A stretch of DNA of 64,000 bases from Histomonas meleagridis 2922-C6/04-290x (GCA_020184695.1 JAANOX010000017.1:248001-312000); one strand, 5' to 3'. Positions 44,698 to 55,070 are shown, counted from the first letter of the stretch. Program-made: numbers and translations. Notes: a model not told the origin generated them from the letters alone.

Positions 44698-45900
44698 ATG
44701 AACCAAAATAGCTTTGATGTAATACCACAAAACATACCAAGGAGCTTGACACCAACCTATTTTCCTTATTCCCGTCAGATTCCTCAGTTAGAAGTTCCAG
44801 AAACAAATCAAGTACATTTAATTCAAAGTGATCTTTGGGAAGCAATAACAGGAGAACACCTCTCCCCAGCAAATATTTGTACACTTTGCAACTCAATTAA
44901 TCCTGTGGTAATGCCTAATCAAAGTGCTATTTCGGCTCATTATTATAACATGGCAAAAGATCGTCAAGGATGTCGAACCCTACAACAGAAAATAGATAAT
45001 TGCGACCAAGTAGAACGTAATGTTATCATGAATAGTTTAATACCACATCTTGATGAGTTAGTATATGATCTTAGTTCTAATTATGTTATACAAAAACTAT
45101 GTGAATACCTAACAGGAGATGCGCACAAACGATTCCTTAATTTCTTTTTATCAGATCTTCATAAAATAATCGAGCAACAATCAAGTTGTCGTGTTCTTCA
45201 AAAGTACATGGAAAACACCACAAAAGAAAATGTCGAGGTCATTTATGAAGCCCTCAAATCCAACATTATTCCAATGTGTTCTTCACCAAATGGGAATCAC
45301 ATTATTCAAAGGTTCATTGAAATTCTTCCACATCGCCTTGATGAGATGGTAGAAATGTTAAAGCCTCATGTAATCTCATTAGTTGTTGATAACTGCGGAT
45401 GCAGAGTTATCCAAAAACTTTTTGACAAATATCCGATAGAGCGGTTACGACCGTTAGTTGATGAAGTTTTAGGATATGCGAATGAGCTTGCTACAGATCA
45501 ATATGGGAACTACGTAGTTCAAAACATACTTGAATCCGGCACAGACAATGATTTTGCAGTTCTTTTGAAGGATTTTTCGGGATCATTTTATCAATTTTCA
45601 ATACACAAATTCGCATCAAATGTCATCGAAAAATGCATTCGAAGAGCAAATTCGTACCAAAGGAATGAGATCTTTAATGAGATCATTGGTTACGATGACG
45701 AATTTGAAGAAGAACGAATCGCAAAAATGGTTGGCGACCAATTTGGTAATTATGTAATACAAAGGATTATAGAGTTTGGAAGTGAGAGTCAGCAAACGGC
45801 AATTTATAATGTTGTGTATGAGAAATATGATGAATTGTGTAGAATCACTTATGCAAAACATGTGATAATAAGGTTGAGTAATTTGGGCTATGAGTTTTAA
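44698..45900 (+). CDS. Pumilio/PUF RNA-binding protein with 8 repeats
   Basis: MAKDRQGCRTLQ, SSNYVIQK, SCRVLQK, NGNHIIQR, CGCRVIQK, DQYGNYVVQN, HKFASNVIEKC, DQFGNYVIQR. Confidence 0.93.
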   Translation: MNQNSFDVIPQNIPRSLTPTYFPYSRQIPQLEVPETNQVHLIQSDLWEAITGEHLSPANICTLCNSINPVVMPNQSAISAHYYNMAKDRQGCRTLQQKIDNCDQVERNVIMNSLIPHLDELVYDLSSNYVIQKLCEYLTGDAHKRFLNFFLSDLHKIIEQQSSCRVLQKYMENTTKENVEVIYEALKSNIIPMCSSPNGNHIIQRFIEILPHRLDEMVEMLKPHVISLVVDNCGCRVIQKLFDKYPIERLRPLVDEVLGYANELATDQYGNYVVQNILESGTDNDFAVLLKDFSGSFYQFSIHKFASNVIEKCIRRANSYQRNEIFNEIIGYDDEFEEERIAKMVGDQFGNYVIQRIIEFGSESQQTAIYNVVYEKYDELCRITYAKHVIIRLSNLGYEF

Positions 45901-45993
45901 TTTTAATAATGTATGAAATAAACACGCAAAAATTAAAATTATTTTTTGTTTTTTCTTACTAATTTACTAAAATATTTTTGTAAATTTCTACAG

Positions 45994-46056
45994 ACGATAG
46001 AAAATTCAATATCAGTAATCGTTTCGTACAGAAAAAATGGTATCGTTGTATTGAAA
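45994..46056. repeat. ~63-bp dispersed intergenic element, copy 2
   Basis: acgatagaaaattcaatatcagtaatcgtttcgtacagaaaaaatggtatcgttgtattgaaa. Confidence 0.75.
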
Positions 46057-46933
46057 TCAAACTACAAGACGAACGTTAAAATAAAGTTCTTCATTAAAAA
46101 CCATTTTTTTAACGAATATTAATTAATATTCTTGAATTTTAAATATTTATATAAATCTTCATCACAATCCCAGCTAGTTTGATTATTATACAAAACATCA
46201 TTTTTTTTTGATGGTTGATCAATAATCAAATTTTGGAAATTAAAGCTTAAATATAATGTTAATCATATATTTCTAAATTCACAACACATATGTATTTCAA
46301 ATATACTAGAGTTACATCATAATTTATTTAAGTTTCCAAAATATTAAATAATTTTGTTTAATTTTATGTGAGAATTAATAATATTTTTTGAAAAATTTGA
46401 AACAGCGTTTTCATTAGTCCCATGATATTCTATTGTTAATATATTAAATTAGAGATTATTATAATTCCTTGTTCGCTCAATTTTGGAATTGAATTGATTT
46501 AACGACTTGTGATATAGAAAGAGCAAATTCTTTAACAAAAAATTTTTAATATTCTTCAATCATATCCCATAATCCTTATGAAGCACAGGCAACCACTTGC
46601 TTTTAAATCAATTTTAAGCCAATCAAGATCAATAGAAGGCTACAAATAATATTTTAGCACTTTTTAGTCCTTGATAAAGGTTATTATCTCCACTTTTACA
46701 CAAATCAAAATTTAAAACAGAAATATCTCTAAAACTATGGAAGGGATTTAATTTTAATTATGTACAATTATTATTTATACAATTTATTTCAAAAACTATT
46801 AAAATCATAAAAATCTGTATTTGAAATTATAAGATTGCGTTACTCTGTTAAAATATGTAAATTTATATAAATTTTAGAATGTAAAAGCATTTTATTTAAG
46901 AAGAATCAAATAATCAAATATCAAATATGTTTG

Positions 46934-48684
46934 TTATTCTTTATGATATTTTTGTATGTCATTACATGTTGTCCCTGATATTATTTTACTTGCAATTAAA
47001 TAAGTAACATCAATTTGGTTCTTTTGAGTTGCAATCATAATTGCTGTATGGAATAATTTAAATAATTTCCAAATATTATTTTGAAATATCAAATTATTGA
47101 AATAAATTTTAAATAAAACAAATAAATATCTTTTGCATTAACATCAATTCCTTCTTGTTCAAGAAGTAATTTAACTATTTCTGTATAACCTCTTTTAGAT
47201 GCTATCATAAGTGCTGTTTCAAATAATATAAATAATTTCCAAATATTATTTTGAAATACCAAAATATTAAAATAAATATCAAATAAAACAAATAAATATT
47301 TTTAGCATTAATATCAATTCCTTCTTGTTCAAGAAGTAATTTAACTATTTCTGTATTACCATTTTCAGATGCTAAAATAAGTGCTGTTCTAAATAATATA
47401 AATAATTTCTGAATATTATTTTGAAATATAAAATTATTATAATAAATATAAAATAAAACAAATAAATATCTTTAGCATTAATATCAATTCCTTCTTGTTC
47501 AAGAAGTAATTTAACTATTTCTATATGACCATTTCCAGATGCAATCATAATTTCTGTATGGAATAATTTAAATAATTTCCAAATATTATTTTGAAATAAA
47601 AAATTATCAAAATAAATTCTAAATAAAACAAATAAATATCTTTAGCATTAATATCAATTCCTTTTTGCTCAAGAAGTAATTTAACGATTTCTATATAACC
47701 ATTTAAAGATGCAAACATAAGTGCTGTATGGAATAATATAAATATTTTCCAAATATTATATTTAAATCTCAAATTATTAAAATAAATCCAAAATAAAACA
47801 AATAAATATCTTTTGCATTAACATCAATTCCTTCTTGTTCAAGAAGTAATTTAACTATTTCTGTATTACCATTTTCAGATGCTAAAATAAGTGCTGTTAT
47901 AAATAATATAAATAATTTCTGAATATTATTTTGAAATATAAATACTAAATAAAACAAATAAATATTTTTAGCATTAATATCAATTCCTTCTTGTTCAAGA
48001 AGTAATTTAACTATTTCTGTATTACCATTTCCAGATGCTAAAATAAGTGCTGTTCTAAATAATATAAATAATTTCTGAATATTATTTTGAAATATAAATA
48101 CTAAATAAAACAAATAAATATTTTTAGCATTAATATCAATTCCTTCTTGTTCAAGAAGTAATTTAACTATTTCTGTATTACCATTTCCAGATGCTAAAAT
48201 AAGTGCTGTTCTAAATAATATAAATAATTTCTGAATATTATTTTGAAATATAAAATTATTAAAATAAATTCTAAATAAAACAAATAAATATCTTTAGCAT
48301 TAATATCAATTCCTTCTTGTTCAAGAAGTAATTTAACTATTTCTGTATTACCATTTTCAGATGCTAAAATAAGTGCTGTTTTAAATAATATAAATAATTT
48401 CTGAATATTATTTTGAAATATCAAATTGTTAAAATAAATTTTAAATAACACCAAGATACATCAGTTTCAGAACGAACATCAATTCCTGGTTGTAGAAGAA
48501 GTGCTTTTGTAACTTCAGTAAAACCTTCGCGTGATGCCCAATGAAGTGCTGTTTCAATTTTTTGAAATAAATACCGAATATAATAATGAAACATTAAACA
48601 TTGAAGAAAAACATATTTTTCATTTATATTAAAAATCCCATTTTTGATTTGCCATTGGATGAATGCTGAGATTTCTTGAGGCAT
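46934..48684 (-). CDS. Ankyrin-repeat protein whose repeats are separated by 10 intervening sequences
   Basis: ATG 48684 (MPQEISAFIQ..). TAL(H/I/M)xAS..GxTEIVKLLLEQEGIDINAK(D/N) modules start at 48552, 48379, 48209, 48053, 47897, 47727, 47557, 47387, 47217 and 47047. Stop TAA at 46936-46934. Confidence 0.65.
47048..48612 (-). repeat. Array of intervening sequences (60 [different type],80,80,66,66,80,80,80,80,80 nt)
   Basis: Inserts (minus strand) at 48612-48553, 48459-48380, 48289-48210, 48119-48054, 47963-47898, 47807-47728, 47637-47558, 47467-47388, 47297-47218 and 47127-47048. Confidence 0.9.
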
Positions 48685-48770
48685 TTGGTGGGATTTTTTT
48701 TGTAAACCAATGGCATTTATAAAAAAACGTTAATAAACGATACACATAAAATGTCAAGTAACCAATTATC

Positions 48771-49168
48771 TAGGGTTGGCCCACGATTAATCGATCAATA
48801 ACGGTTTGAATCTCGATAAAAGCCACTTTTTTTATCGAAAAAATCAATTTTGAAAAGTGAAGTTATTTATCGATTTTATCGAAAATTCCTGGATTGAATG
48901 AGAAGACCATTATTGGAAAAAGACCCCCATAGTTTTTGTGTTATAAGACTAAGTCAATAGGAACGATATTTATATTCTTCTTATCACGAAATTTTTAAAT
49001 GGTTTTTAATCAACCAAAACCGTTTATTTATCGATAAAATCGATTGATATCGATAAATAAACGGTTTTTATTGACGTCAAATCGAAAAAACCGTATATCG
49101 AAAGCCGATCAATCGAACATCGAACTATAATACGGTTATTTATCGATTTTTATCGATTCCCAACCCTA
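48771..49168. mobile_element. Non-autonomous hAT-type MITE, 398 bp
   Basis: Perfect 9-bp TIRs TAGGGTTGG...CCAACCCTA. Exact 8-bp TSD CAATTATC at 48763-48770 and 49169-49176. Many subterminal ATCGA(T) and AACCGT/ACGGTT motifs; no coding capacity. Confidence 0.9.
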
Positions 49169-49254
49169 CAATTATCAAAAACAAAAATTTCAAGCAAAAT
49201 GATTTATATATATATATATCGATAAAAATGGAATAACCCAAACACAAATAACAT

Positions 49255-51984
49255 TTATTTAAGAAAATCTGAGAATAACGTATCGAGACACTTTAACACT
49301 TGATTATTTGCAGTTGCTGCACTAAGTCCATGAACAATTTCAGCAAAAAGAGATGAACTTGAACAAAAGTCATTGACATCAGTTTGTTTTTCATTCGTTT
49401 CTATTCCAAATGCAAAACAACAGATATCAGTAAGTGCTTGTAAAAGGGCGTTATGCATTGCTTCTGTACTCTTTGATAGCAAAGACATATTCATAAGGGT
49501 ATTAAGAATAGTTTCATGTTTTCGACAAAATTCTTCGATTGTTTCCACTCCATCACAAATATTCTCAAGTGCTTTAGAAGCAGGTGCTAAAGCAGTGTAA
49601 TATATATAAGTTTCTACACAAGTAACAAATCGAGACATAATAGAAAGAGCACTCACATGTTGATTTCTTTTGCTACGATAAGAATTGTGTGATTTACACC
49701 AAATTTGCTTAACGGCTTCCTTCGCAAGTTGCAAAATTATGAAATTACGAAAAATAGAGATATAACATTCAATAATACGATCTGGAAGTAAACAAGCAAA
49801 TACTGGATTTACTTGTAACTTGATTGGCATTTCATTGATGTTTGATATAATTTCATGAACCGATACGGGCGGTTTTGGCGGTTGCCCAATGTGTGCAATT
49901 CCTTTTAATTGAAGAGATTCAGATGCTTTTGAAAATGAATCACATATCATAATAAAGGAACTTTCTACATACGGAATTGTTGTTATAAGTTGTAAAAATT
50001 CACTCGTTTCAGAAGAAGGATGAATCAAAAAAAGTTTTGCTATTGCATTAATTTGCTTTGGTAAATCTTCTTTCGCTACTAATACAGTAAAGAGAGCCTT
50101 TGACAAGAGTTTATGTTGTTGTTTGAACGATGGAATGACCAATCTATAAAATAAGGCTGGAATTGTTGTCAATTGTTCCTCTTCCTGAAAAATTTCATTT
50201 TCACTCTCTTCTTCTTCATTCTCTATAATGCTTTTTTCCTCAATTACATGTTCTGTTTCACTCATTTTTGTTTCCATAATAATTTTGATTGACTCACTTT
50301 CGCTTTGTTCCGAAACATAACTTTCTTCTTCTTCAGCTATTTCATTATCGAACTCAAGTGCTTCGATTTCATCCTCGGGAAGGTTTAAATCTGGGAAGAA
50401 GCTCATTATTTTTTCCTCTGACGCTCCAAGCTCGCGCATTTGTGCTTGGAACTCTTTGAATAACTCGAGCTTTTCGTATTCAATCATTTTGAGTTCTTCT
50501 TCTGTGAATGGTCTGAATATTGGTGTTACAGATTTGCTTTTTACCAAGTTTTCTATGTAAATTTTATCATTTTCTCTTTCTTCTCTTTCGCGTTGTTTAC
50601 GTCTTTCATCAAATTCTTTGATTTCTTGTTTTCTTTCCAAAAGCATTCGTTGTTTTTCATCGATTATTGCTTGTTCTCGTTGCATTTGTTTCATTTCGAA
50701 TCGCTTAAGTTCATCACGAATTTGTTTTTTGTTGATTTCAAATTCTTTCATTCTTTTGTCATATTCTTTTTTTCGTTTTTTTAAAAAATCATTATATGTT
50801 TTTCGAATAACTGATTCGCATTTAGATATATATTCATTAAGGCGATTTTGTAAGGATAAAAATGATTCCATAAATTCATCTGATAAATCAAAGATTGGAT
50901 GCGATGGTATCGTCTCATTCAAAAAGTGAATTATTTGGCCGGACGATAGGCAGTCGTATCGTAACGGTTCGAATGCTTCGTTTGATGTTGGTATAACACC
51001 TTCACCAAGGAAAGCAAAGCGATAATAAGCACGTGCAGCTTCAGCAAAGGAAACTTTGTATAACTTGATTGAAAGACTTTGCTTGAAAAGAGTTTGAGAA
51101 GATAAAAGTAACTCATTTTGGATTCCTGCAAAACTTTTTTGTTTAAGAAGTTGTATGAACCAAACAAAAACTTGAGAAAAGGGACGTACTTTTGTAAGGA
51201 CTGAAATTGGAGAATCATTTGAAAGAGTGGATATGTATCCATCAAACTTCGTTAAATGCTTCTTGATTTCGTAGGAAAGGGAATCATGACGAAGTAAACT
51301 CGACAACTTAATTCTGTTATTTCCAATTTGAATAAATTTGGAAATTAATTGAGAAGTGGATAAAAATGTGTGATCTTCAAATCGAACTTCTTTTATCTTA
51401 ACCATTTCTCCATTAACAACATCTGTGATGTCTGTAGGTTGTCCACATAAAATAGTTTGTATGATTCGTGAAATCATGTTCTTCGAGATAACTTGAATGT
51501 TTGATGTTCGAATGTCACCGAATCGTTTTTGAATAAAAACCTCAAAGGAATTTATTTCTTCTTTTTTGATTTTTCTTGATTTTGGCTTTTCTTTTGTGAA
51601 AAAAGAAACTGGTGTTGATCTTTGTCCATAATTTTGTAAATAATTAACATCAGAAAAAATAGATTGAATAGGAGTTCCAAGGGGATCGCGCTTTGGTCCT
51701 TGCTCTGTTATTAATTTTTTTATATCTGATATTAGAAGAATTGTGAGTAAAATGTTTTCTTTATCCTTTGGCAAATTTCTTGCAATTTCTAATAATTTTG
51801 AGGCTTTCGTTTCTTGGCGATATAATAGTAGTGTCAAACCAATTTTTTCGGCATGATCAAAACCATTCAATCCTTGAGGAACAGTTAAAAATAATTTAGA
51901 AATTGCTCGTTTGTTAAGTGAACCTTGTAAATTATTTTTGGTAATTATTTCTGTGAGTTTCGCTATATTAGACACGAAACTCAT
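49255..51984 (-). CDS. Gamma-tubulin complex component (Spc97/Spc98 family, GCP6-like), 909 aa
   Basis: C-terminal GRIP2-like text (PVFACLLPDRIIECYISIFRNFIILQLAK..; RFVTCVETYIYY..; EEFCRKHETIL) and a central charged coiled-coil/acidic insertion as in GCP6. Assigned by pattern only. Confidence 0.55.
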   Translation of the reverse strand: MSFVSNIAKLTEIITKNNLQGSLNKRAISKLFLTVPQGLNGFDHAEKIGLTLLLYRQETKASKLLEIARNLPKDKENILLTILLISDIKKLITEQGPKRDPLGTPIQSIFSDVNYLQNYGQRSTPVSFFTKEKPKSRKIKKEEINSFEVFIQKRFGDIRTSNIQVISKNMISRIIQTILCGQPTDITDVVNGEMVKIKEVRFEDHTFLSTSQLISKFIQIGNNRIKLSSLLRHDSLSYEIKKHLTKFDGYISTLSNDSPISVLTKVRPFSQVFVWFIQLLKQKSFAGIQNELLLSSQTLFKQSLSIKLYKVSFAEAARAYYRFAFLGEGVIPTSNEAFEPLRYDCLSSGQIIHFLNETIPSHPIFDLSDEFMESFLSLQNRLNEYISKCESVIRKTYNDFLKKRKKEYDKRMKEFEINKKQIRDELKRFEMKQMQREQAIIDEKQRMLLERKQEIKEFDERRKQREREERENDKIYIENLVKSKSVTPIFRPFTEEELKMIEYEKLELFKEFQAQMRELGASEEKIMSFFPDLNLPEDEIEALEFDNEIAEEEESYVSEQSESESIKIIMETKMSETEHVIEEKSIIENEEEESENEIFQEEEQLTTIPALFYRLVIPSFKQQHKLLSKALFTVLVAKEDLPKQINAIAKLFLIHPSSETSEFLQLITTIPYVESSFIMICDSFSKASESLQLKGIAHIGQPPKPPVSVHEIISNINEMPIKLQVNPVFACLLPDRIIECYISIFRNFIILQLAKEAVKQIWCKSHNSYRSKRNQHVSALSIMSRFVTCVETYIYYTALAPASKALENICDGVETIEEFCRKHETILNTLMNMSLLSKSTEAMHNALLQALTDICCFAFGIETNEKQTDVNDFCSSSSLFAEIVHGLSAATANNQVLKCLDTLFSDFLK

Positions 51985-52065
51985 AATTTGATTTTTCTTC
52001 TGATGATTTGAATTATGTAAACAATTGAAATGAAATTATAAACGGACTGATATGTCACTTTTGTA

Positions 52066-52908
52066 ATGTCAAAAAGGTTTAATCTTCTAATTTTAGGACC
52101 AGAAACAAGAATTGGGCAATCTATTATTAGAAAGATTAGTGATAATTTTCATTTTTTAAATGTTGCAGTTCCAACAGGAATATATAAAGAACAAACAGCA
52201 CTTCCACCTTATCAAATTGCAATGAATTTTGTTAATGTTGATCAATTAGTTGATGATTTCTCATTAGCTGAAGTTGTTATCAGTTGTTCACCATTATATT
52301 CCACAGAAGTTATAAAAAATGCTGCTGTTTCTGCTGGTGCTAAGTTTATTGACGCTTGTTATTCCTATCCACAAGCTGTCATTGAGGCAGCATGTCATAG
52401 ACTTCCGTTTCACCCTACCATGATGGAAGCTAGTCAGTCAGCTTCTGGTTGTAGTATTTCCGATTTTTGGATAATCTCACATCAGCTTACTATTCTTCCA
52501 TTTCCTCATTGCCGCAATGGGAAGTGGGTTATTGAGCAAGGAACAGTCTCATTAGAAGATATCAGTGTTCCTCATCATTTTGAATTTTCTGGCAAATTCT
52601 ATGCAATTCTCTTCTGGCTCATATCACTTTTCTTCCGTTTTATTTTCCCATTCTTTCATTTGCGTAAGCCTTACACATCCACAAGCAGATGGAAGTTTAG
52701 TGGCAAAACATTGGAGCATCACAAAGAGTATCAGTTCAAAGCAATGGCCGAAGGCGTCGACGCGGAGCTATTGCGGCCGGAGCTCGCGTTCCTAAAGGCG
52801 CTCGATGCGCTTGGCATAGAGAGAAGTGAGTCGAGGAATTGGGGATGCTGCAGTAAGCTGAAAGTGAAACTTACGGAATATACAGCGACAACAAAAGATC
52901 AAATATAA
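52066..52908 (+). CDS. Hypothetical protein, weakly saccharopine-dehydrogenase-like (degenerate Rossmann N-terminus, one hydrophobic segment)
   Basis: FNLLILGPETRIG resembles FDxxIxGASGFTG; VVISCSPLYS resembles the VxNCxGPY motif; TM-like FYAILFWLISLFFRFIF. Confidence 0.4.
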   Translation: MSKRFNLLILGPETRIGQSIIRKISDNFHFLNVAVPTGIYKEQTALPPYQIAMNFVNVDQLVDDFSLAEVVISCSPLYSTEVIKNAAVSAGAKFIDACYSYPQAVIEAACHRLPFHPTMMEASQSASGCSISDFWIISHQLTILPFPHCRNGKWVIEQGTVSLEDISVPHHFEFSGKFYAILFWLISLFFRFIFPFFHLRKPYTSTSRWKFSGKTLEHHKEYQFKAMAEGVDAELLRPELAFLKALDALGIERSESRNWGCCSKLKVKLTEYTATTKDQI

Positions 52909-53013
52909 TAATAAAAATCCTTTCTATTGTATAAGAAATAAATAATTGAATTTGATATGTTAACTTCTGCTTAAAATATTTTTTAAAAATAGTTTCTTCA
53001 TTGTATATATTCA

Positions 53014-53376
53014 TAATGGAACTTATGCCTTATTAGAAAATTCTAATAGAGAAACATTTAAAGAATATTTATCACAAAATGATAATGGAACTTATTCCTT
53101 ATTTGAAAATTCTAATAGAGAAACATTTAAAGAATATTTATCACAAAATGATAATGGAACTTATTCCTTATTTGAAAATTCTAATAGAGAAACATTTAAA
53201 GAATATTTATCACAAAATGATAATGGAACTTATTCCTTATTTGGAAATTCTTCATTTGGTGAGAAAATTCTAATAGAGAAACATTTAAAGAATATTTATC
53301 ACAAAATGATAATGGAACTTATACCTTATTTGGAAATTCTTCATTTGATGAGAAAATTCTAAAAGAGAAACATTTA
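53014..53376. repeat. Intergenic 69-bp minisatellite, ~5 copies (last two carry a 20-bp insertion)
   Basis: Unit taatggaacttattccttatttgaaaattctaatagagaaacatttaaagaatatttatcacaaaatga starting at 53014, 53083, 53152, 53221 and 53310. Confidence 0.95.
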
Positions 53377-53455
53377 TTGATAAAAATGACTTATTACATT
53401 AAATAGATAAAACATTTATCTTTATTCAGAATCATATAATTACATTATAATAAAA

Positions 53456-55030
53456 TCACTGGTCCTGAATGTAAAACTTCGACTTCACAGCTCCGACTTT
53501 CTTTGGCTTTTGCTTCTCTCTTTTCTTTGGTTCTGCTTGTAGCAGTTCGTCGTCGTCCGAAGGCGCTGGCGCTGGGTAATTTGCCTCTTCCTCCTTCTCC
53601 AGTTGTTCCTCCATTTTGTTTTGTTCCATTTCCTCTGCATCGTCTTCAACTTCGACTTCATCAATTTGGTCAAATTCAACTGTTCGTTGTAACATGTTAA
53701 GATCTGCTCGTTCGACTTTAACTCCGTGTTGTCTTTCTAATGGATTCTCAATGTCCTTTGAGTGTACAAGCACAAACCATGGCAATTTACCGCGTTGGAA
53801 ATCACGTATGAGTTGTATTGATGCTTCATGAACATCTGGTTTACCACCTTTTCCAAGTCGACCCAAACGACGTGCTACCTTCTCAAGGAGATCATCTGGG
53901 CCATCAAAGGGTTCAATTCCATAGGTACGTTGAAGATATTGTGGTCGAACTCGATCTACGATATATTGGATATAATGCTCAGGTTCAACAATTCTTTCTG
54001 TACGTGTAACACCTCTAAGGATTCTTTCTGCATCAGTAACATCTTCAGGATAAACATGTCCGGGACAATCGATCAAATATATCTTACGTGACAACGCTAT
54101 ATAACGCCATACCTTTGTCTCACCTGCAATAGGTGCGACAGGACATACATTATCGCGTTTAAGAGAGTTGATGACCGATGACTTCCCTACATTGGGGTAC
54201 CCCACAAAACCGACACACAAATGCGCGTGGTTACTGTGTAAAGTTTGGAATTGTCGGAGCAGCGCTATAAGCTGATCGTTACCGAATGCCTTTGTTGTTG
54301 ACGCACGAAATGCAAGCGTAGGACGTTCACGTGTTAGACGACGAATTGCTTTCTCTACAACCCATCTTGGAACAAGGTCACATTTGTTAATAAGAAATAT
54401 AAGATGTTTGTGTGGTGTTTCTTTGGCCATAAATTCTTCAAGCTTACGTGATCGTGTACCTAATGGATCACGTGCGTCAAGTACTTCAATGATTACATCA
54501 GATGAATCAATAACTTTATAAACTTCTCCAAGAACACGTTTTGTTTGACCCATTTCAATATTGCCTGTTTTACTCGCTTCTTTCATCTTCTTGATTGCAA
54601 AGTTTTCTTCTTGGTCTGCAGCATCAAGCATGAGTGAATGAAGATCAAGTTTTGGAAGGTTAGGTTTACGACGAGTTGCTTTTTTACCAAATGTGTCTTG
54701 GAAGCTTTCAGCTTTAAGGAGTGCAAATCTACGTTTTTCTTCTTCGTCATGAACTAATGATTTTGGAAGTTTCTTTTCATGGATAATAACTTGGAATTGA
54801 TCGTTTTTGATTTCTTTATAAGCGTTCTGAAACGAGGCTAATTCTTCTTGAGTGATTGTTCGAGTATTTCCAAACCATTTCCTATTTGGCGCGATTTTTG
54901 CATCTGGAAGTTCTTTGGAAAGACGCCCATTGTTATTATACATCTTTAATAAATTTTCTTTTCGAAGGCTACGGGTGTAGTACCTCTTCTTTCCTCCTAA
55001 ATGAATCTTAGGCTGATGAACTTGAGACAT
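53456..55030 (-). CDS. NOG2: Nucleolar GTP-binding protein 2 (circularly permuted GTPase)
   Basis: NGP1NT motif PNRKWFGNTRTI; KVIDSSDVIIEVLDARDP, INKCDLVP (G4), VGYPNVGKSSVIN (G1), GETKVW, LIDCPG (G3). Confidence 0.93.
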   Translation of the reverse strand: MSQVHQPKIHLGGKKRYYTRSLRKENLLKMYNNNGRLSKELPDAKIAPNRKWFGNTRTITQEELASFQNAYKEIKNDQFQVIIHEKKLPKSLVHDEEEKRRFALLKAESFQDTFGKKATRRKPNLPKLDLHSLMLDAADQEENFAIKKMKEASKTGNIEMGQTKRVLGEVYKVIDSSDVIIEVLDARDPLGTRSRKLEEFMAKETPHKHLIFLINKCDLVPRWVVEKAIRRLTRERPTLAFRASTTKAFGNDQLIALLRQFQTLHSNHAHLCVGFVGYPNVGKSSVINSLKRDNVCPVAPIAGETKVWRYIALSRKIYLIDCPGHVYPEDVTDAERILRGVTRTERIVEPEHYIQYIVDRVRPQYLQRTYGIEPFDGPDDLLEKVARRLGRLGKGGKPDVHEASIQLIRDFQRGKLPWFVLVHSKDIENPLERQHGVKVERADLNMLQRTVEFDQIDEVEVEDDAEEMEQNKMEEQLEKEEEANYPAPAPSDDDELLQAEPKKREKQKPKKVGAVKSKFYIQDQ

Positions 55031-55062
55031 TCGAAGCTTATGGCTCTGATTTTATTTGAATA

Positions 55063-55070
55063 AAACCGTT
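55063..55070 (-). promoter_or_regulatory. M3-like motif upstream of NOG2
   Basis: AACGGTTT on the minus strand, 33-40 nt before the ATG. Confidence 0.45.

Noticed and set aside
46230-46420. Possible further plus-strand ankyrin relic (..TTTGAAACAGCGTTTTCATTAG..)
   Set aside because: Only a few codons resemble ETA(F/L); too decayed to support.
1-51984. Functional cluster of centrosome/flagellar genes (centriolin-like, Sfi1-like, CFAP52-like, GCP6-like)
   Set aside because: The genes are scattered among unrelated ones, several of the calls are tentative, and such genes are numerous in flagellate genomes.
26700-53376. CRISPR-like repeat/spacer arrays (170-nt ankyrin arrays, 69-bp minisatellite)
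   Set aside because: Both alternating parts are homologous between units (no unique spacers), there are no cas genes, and the context is eukaryotic.
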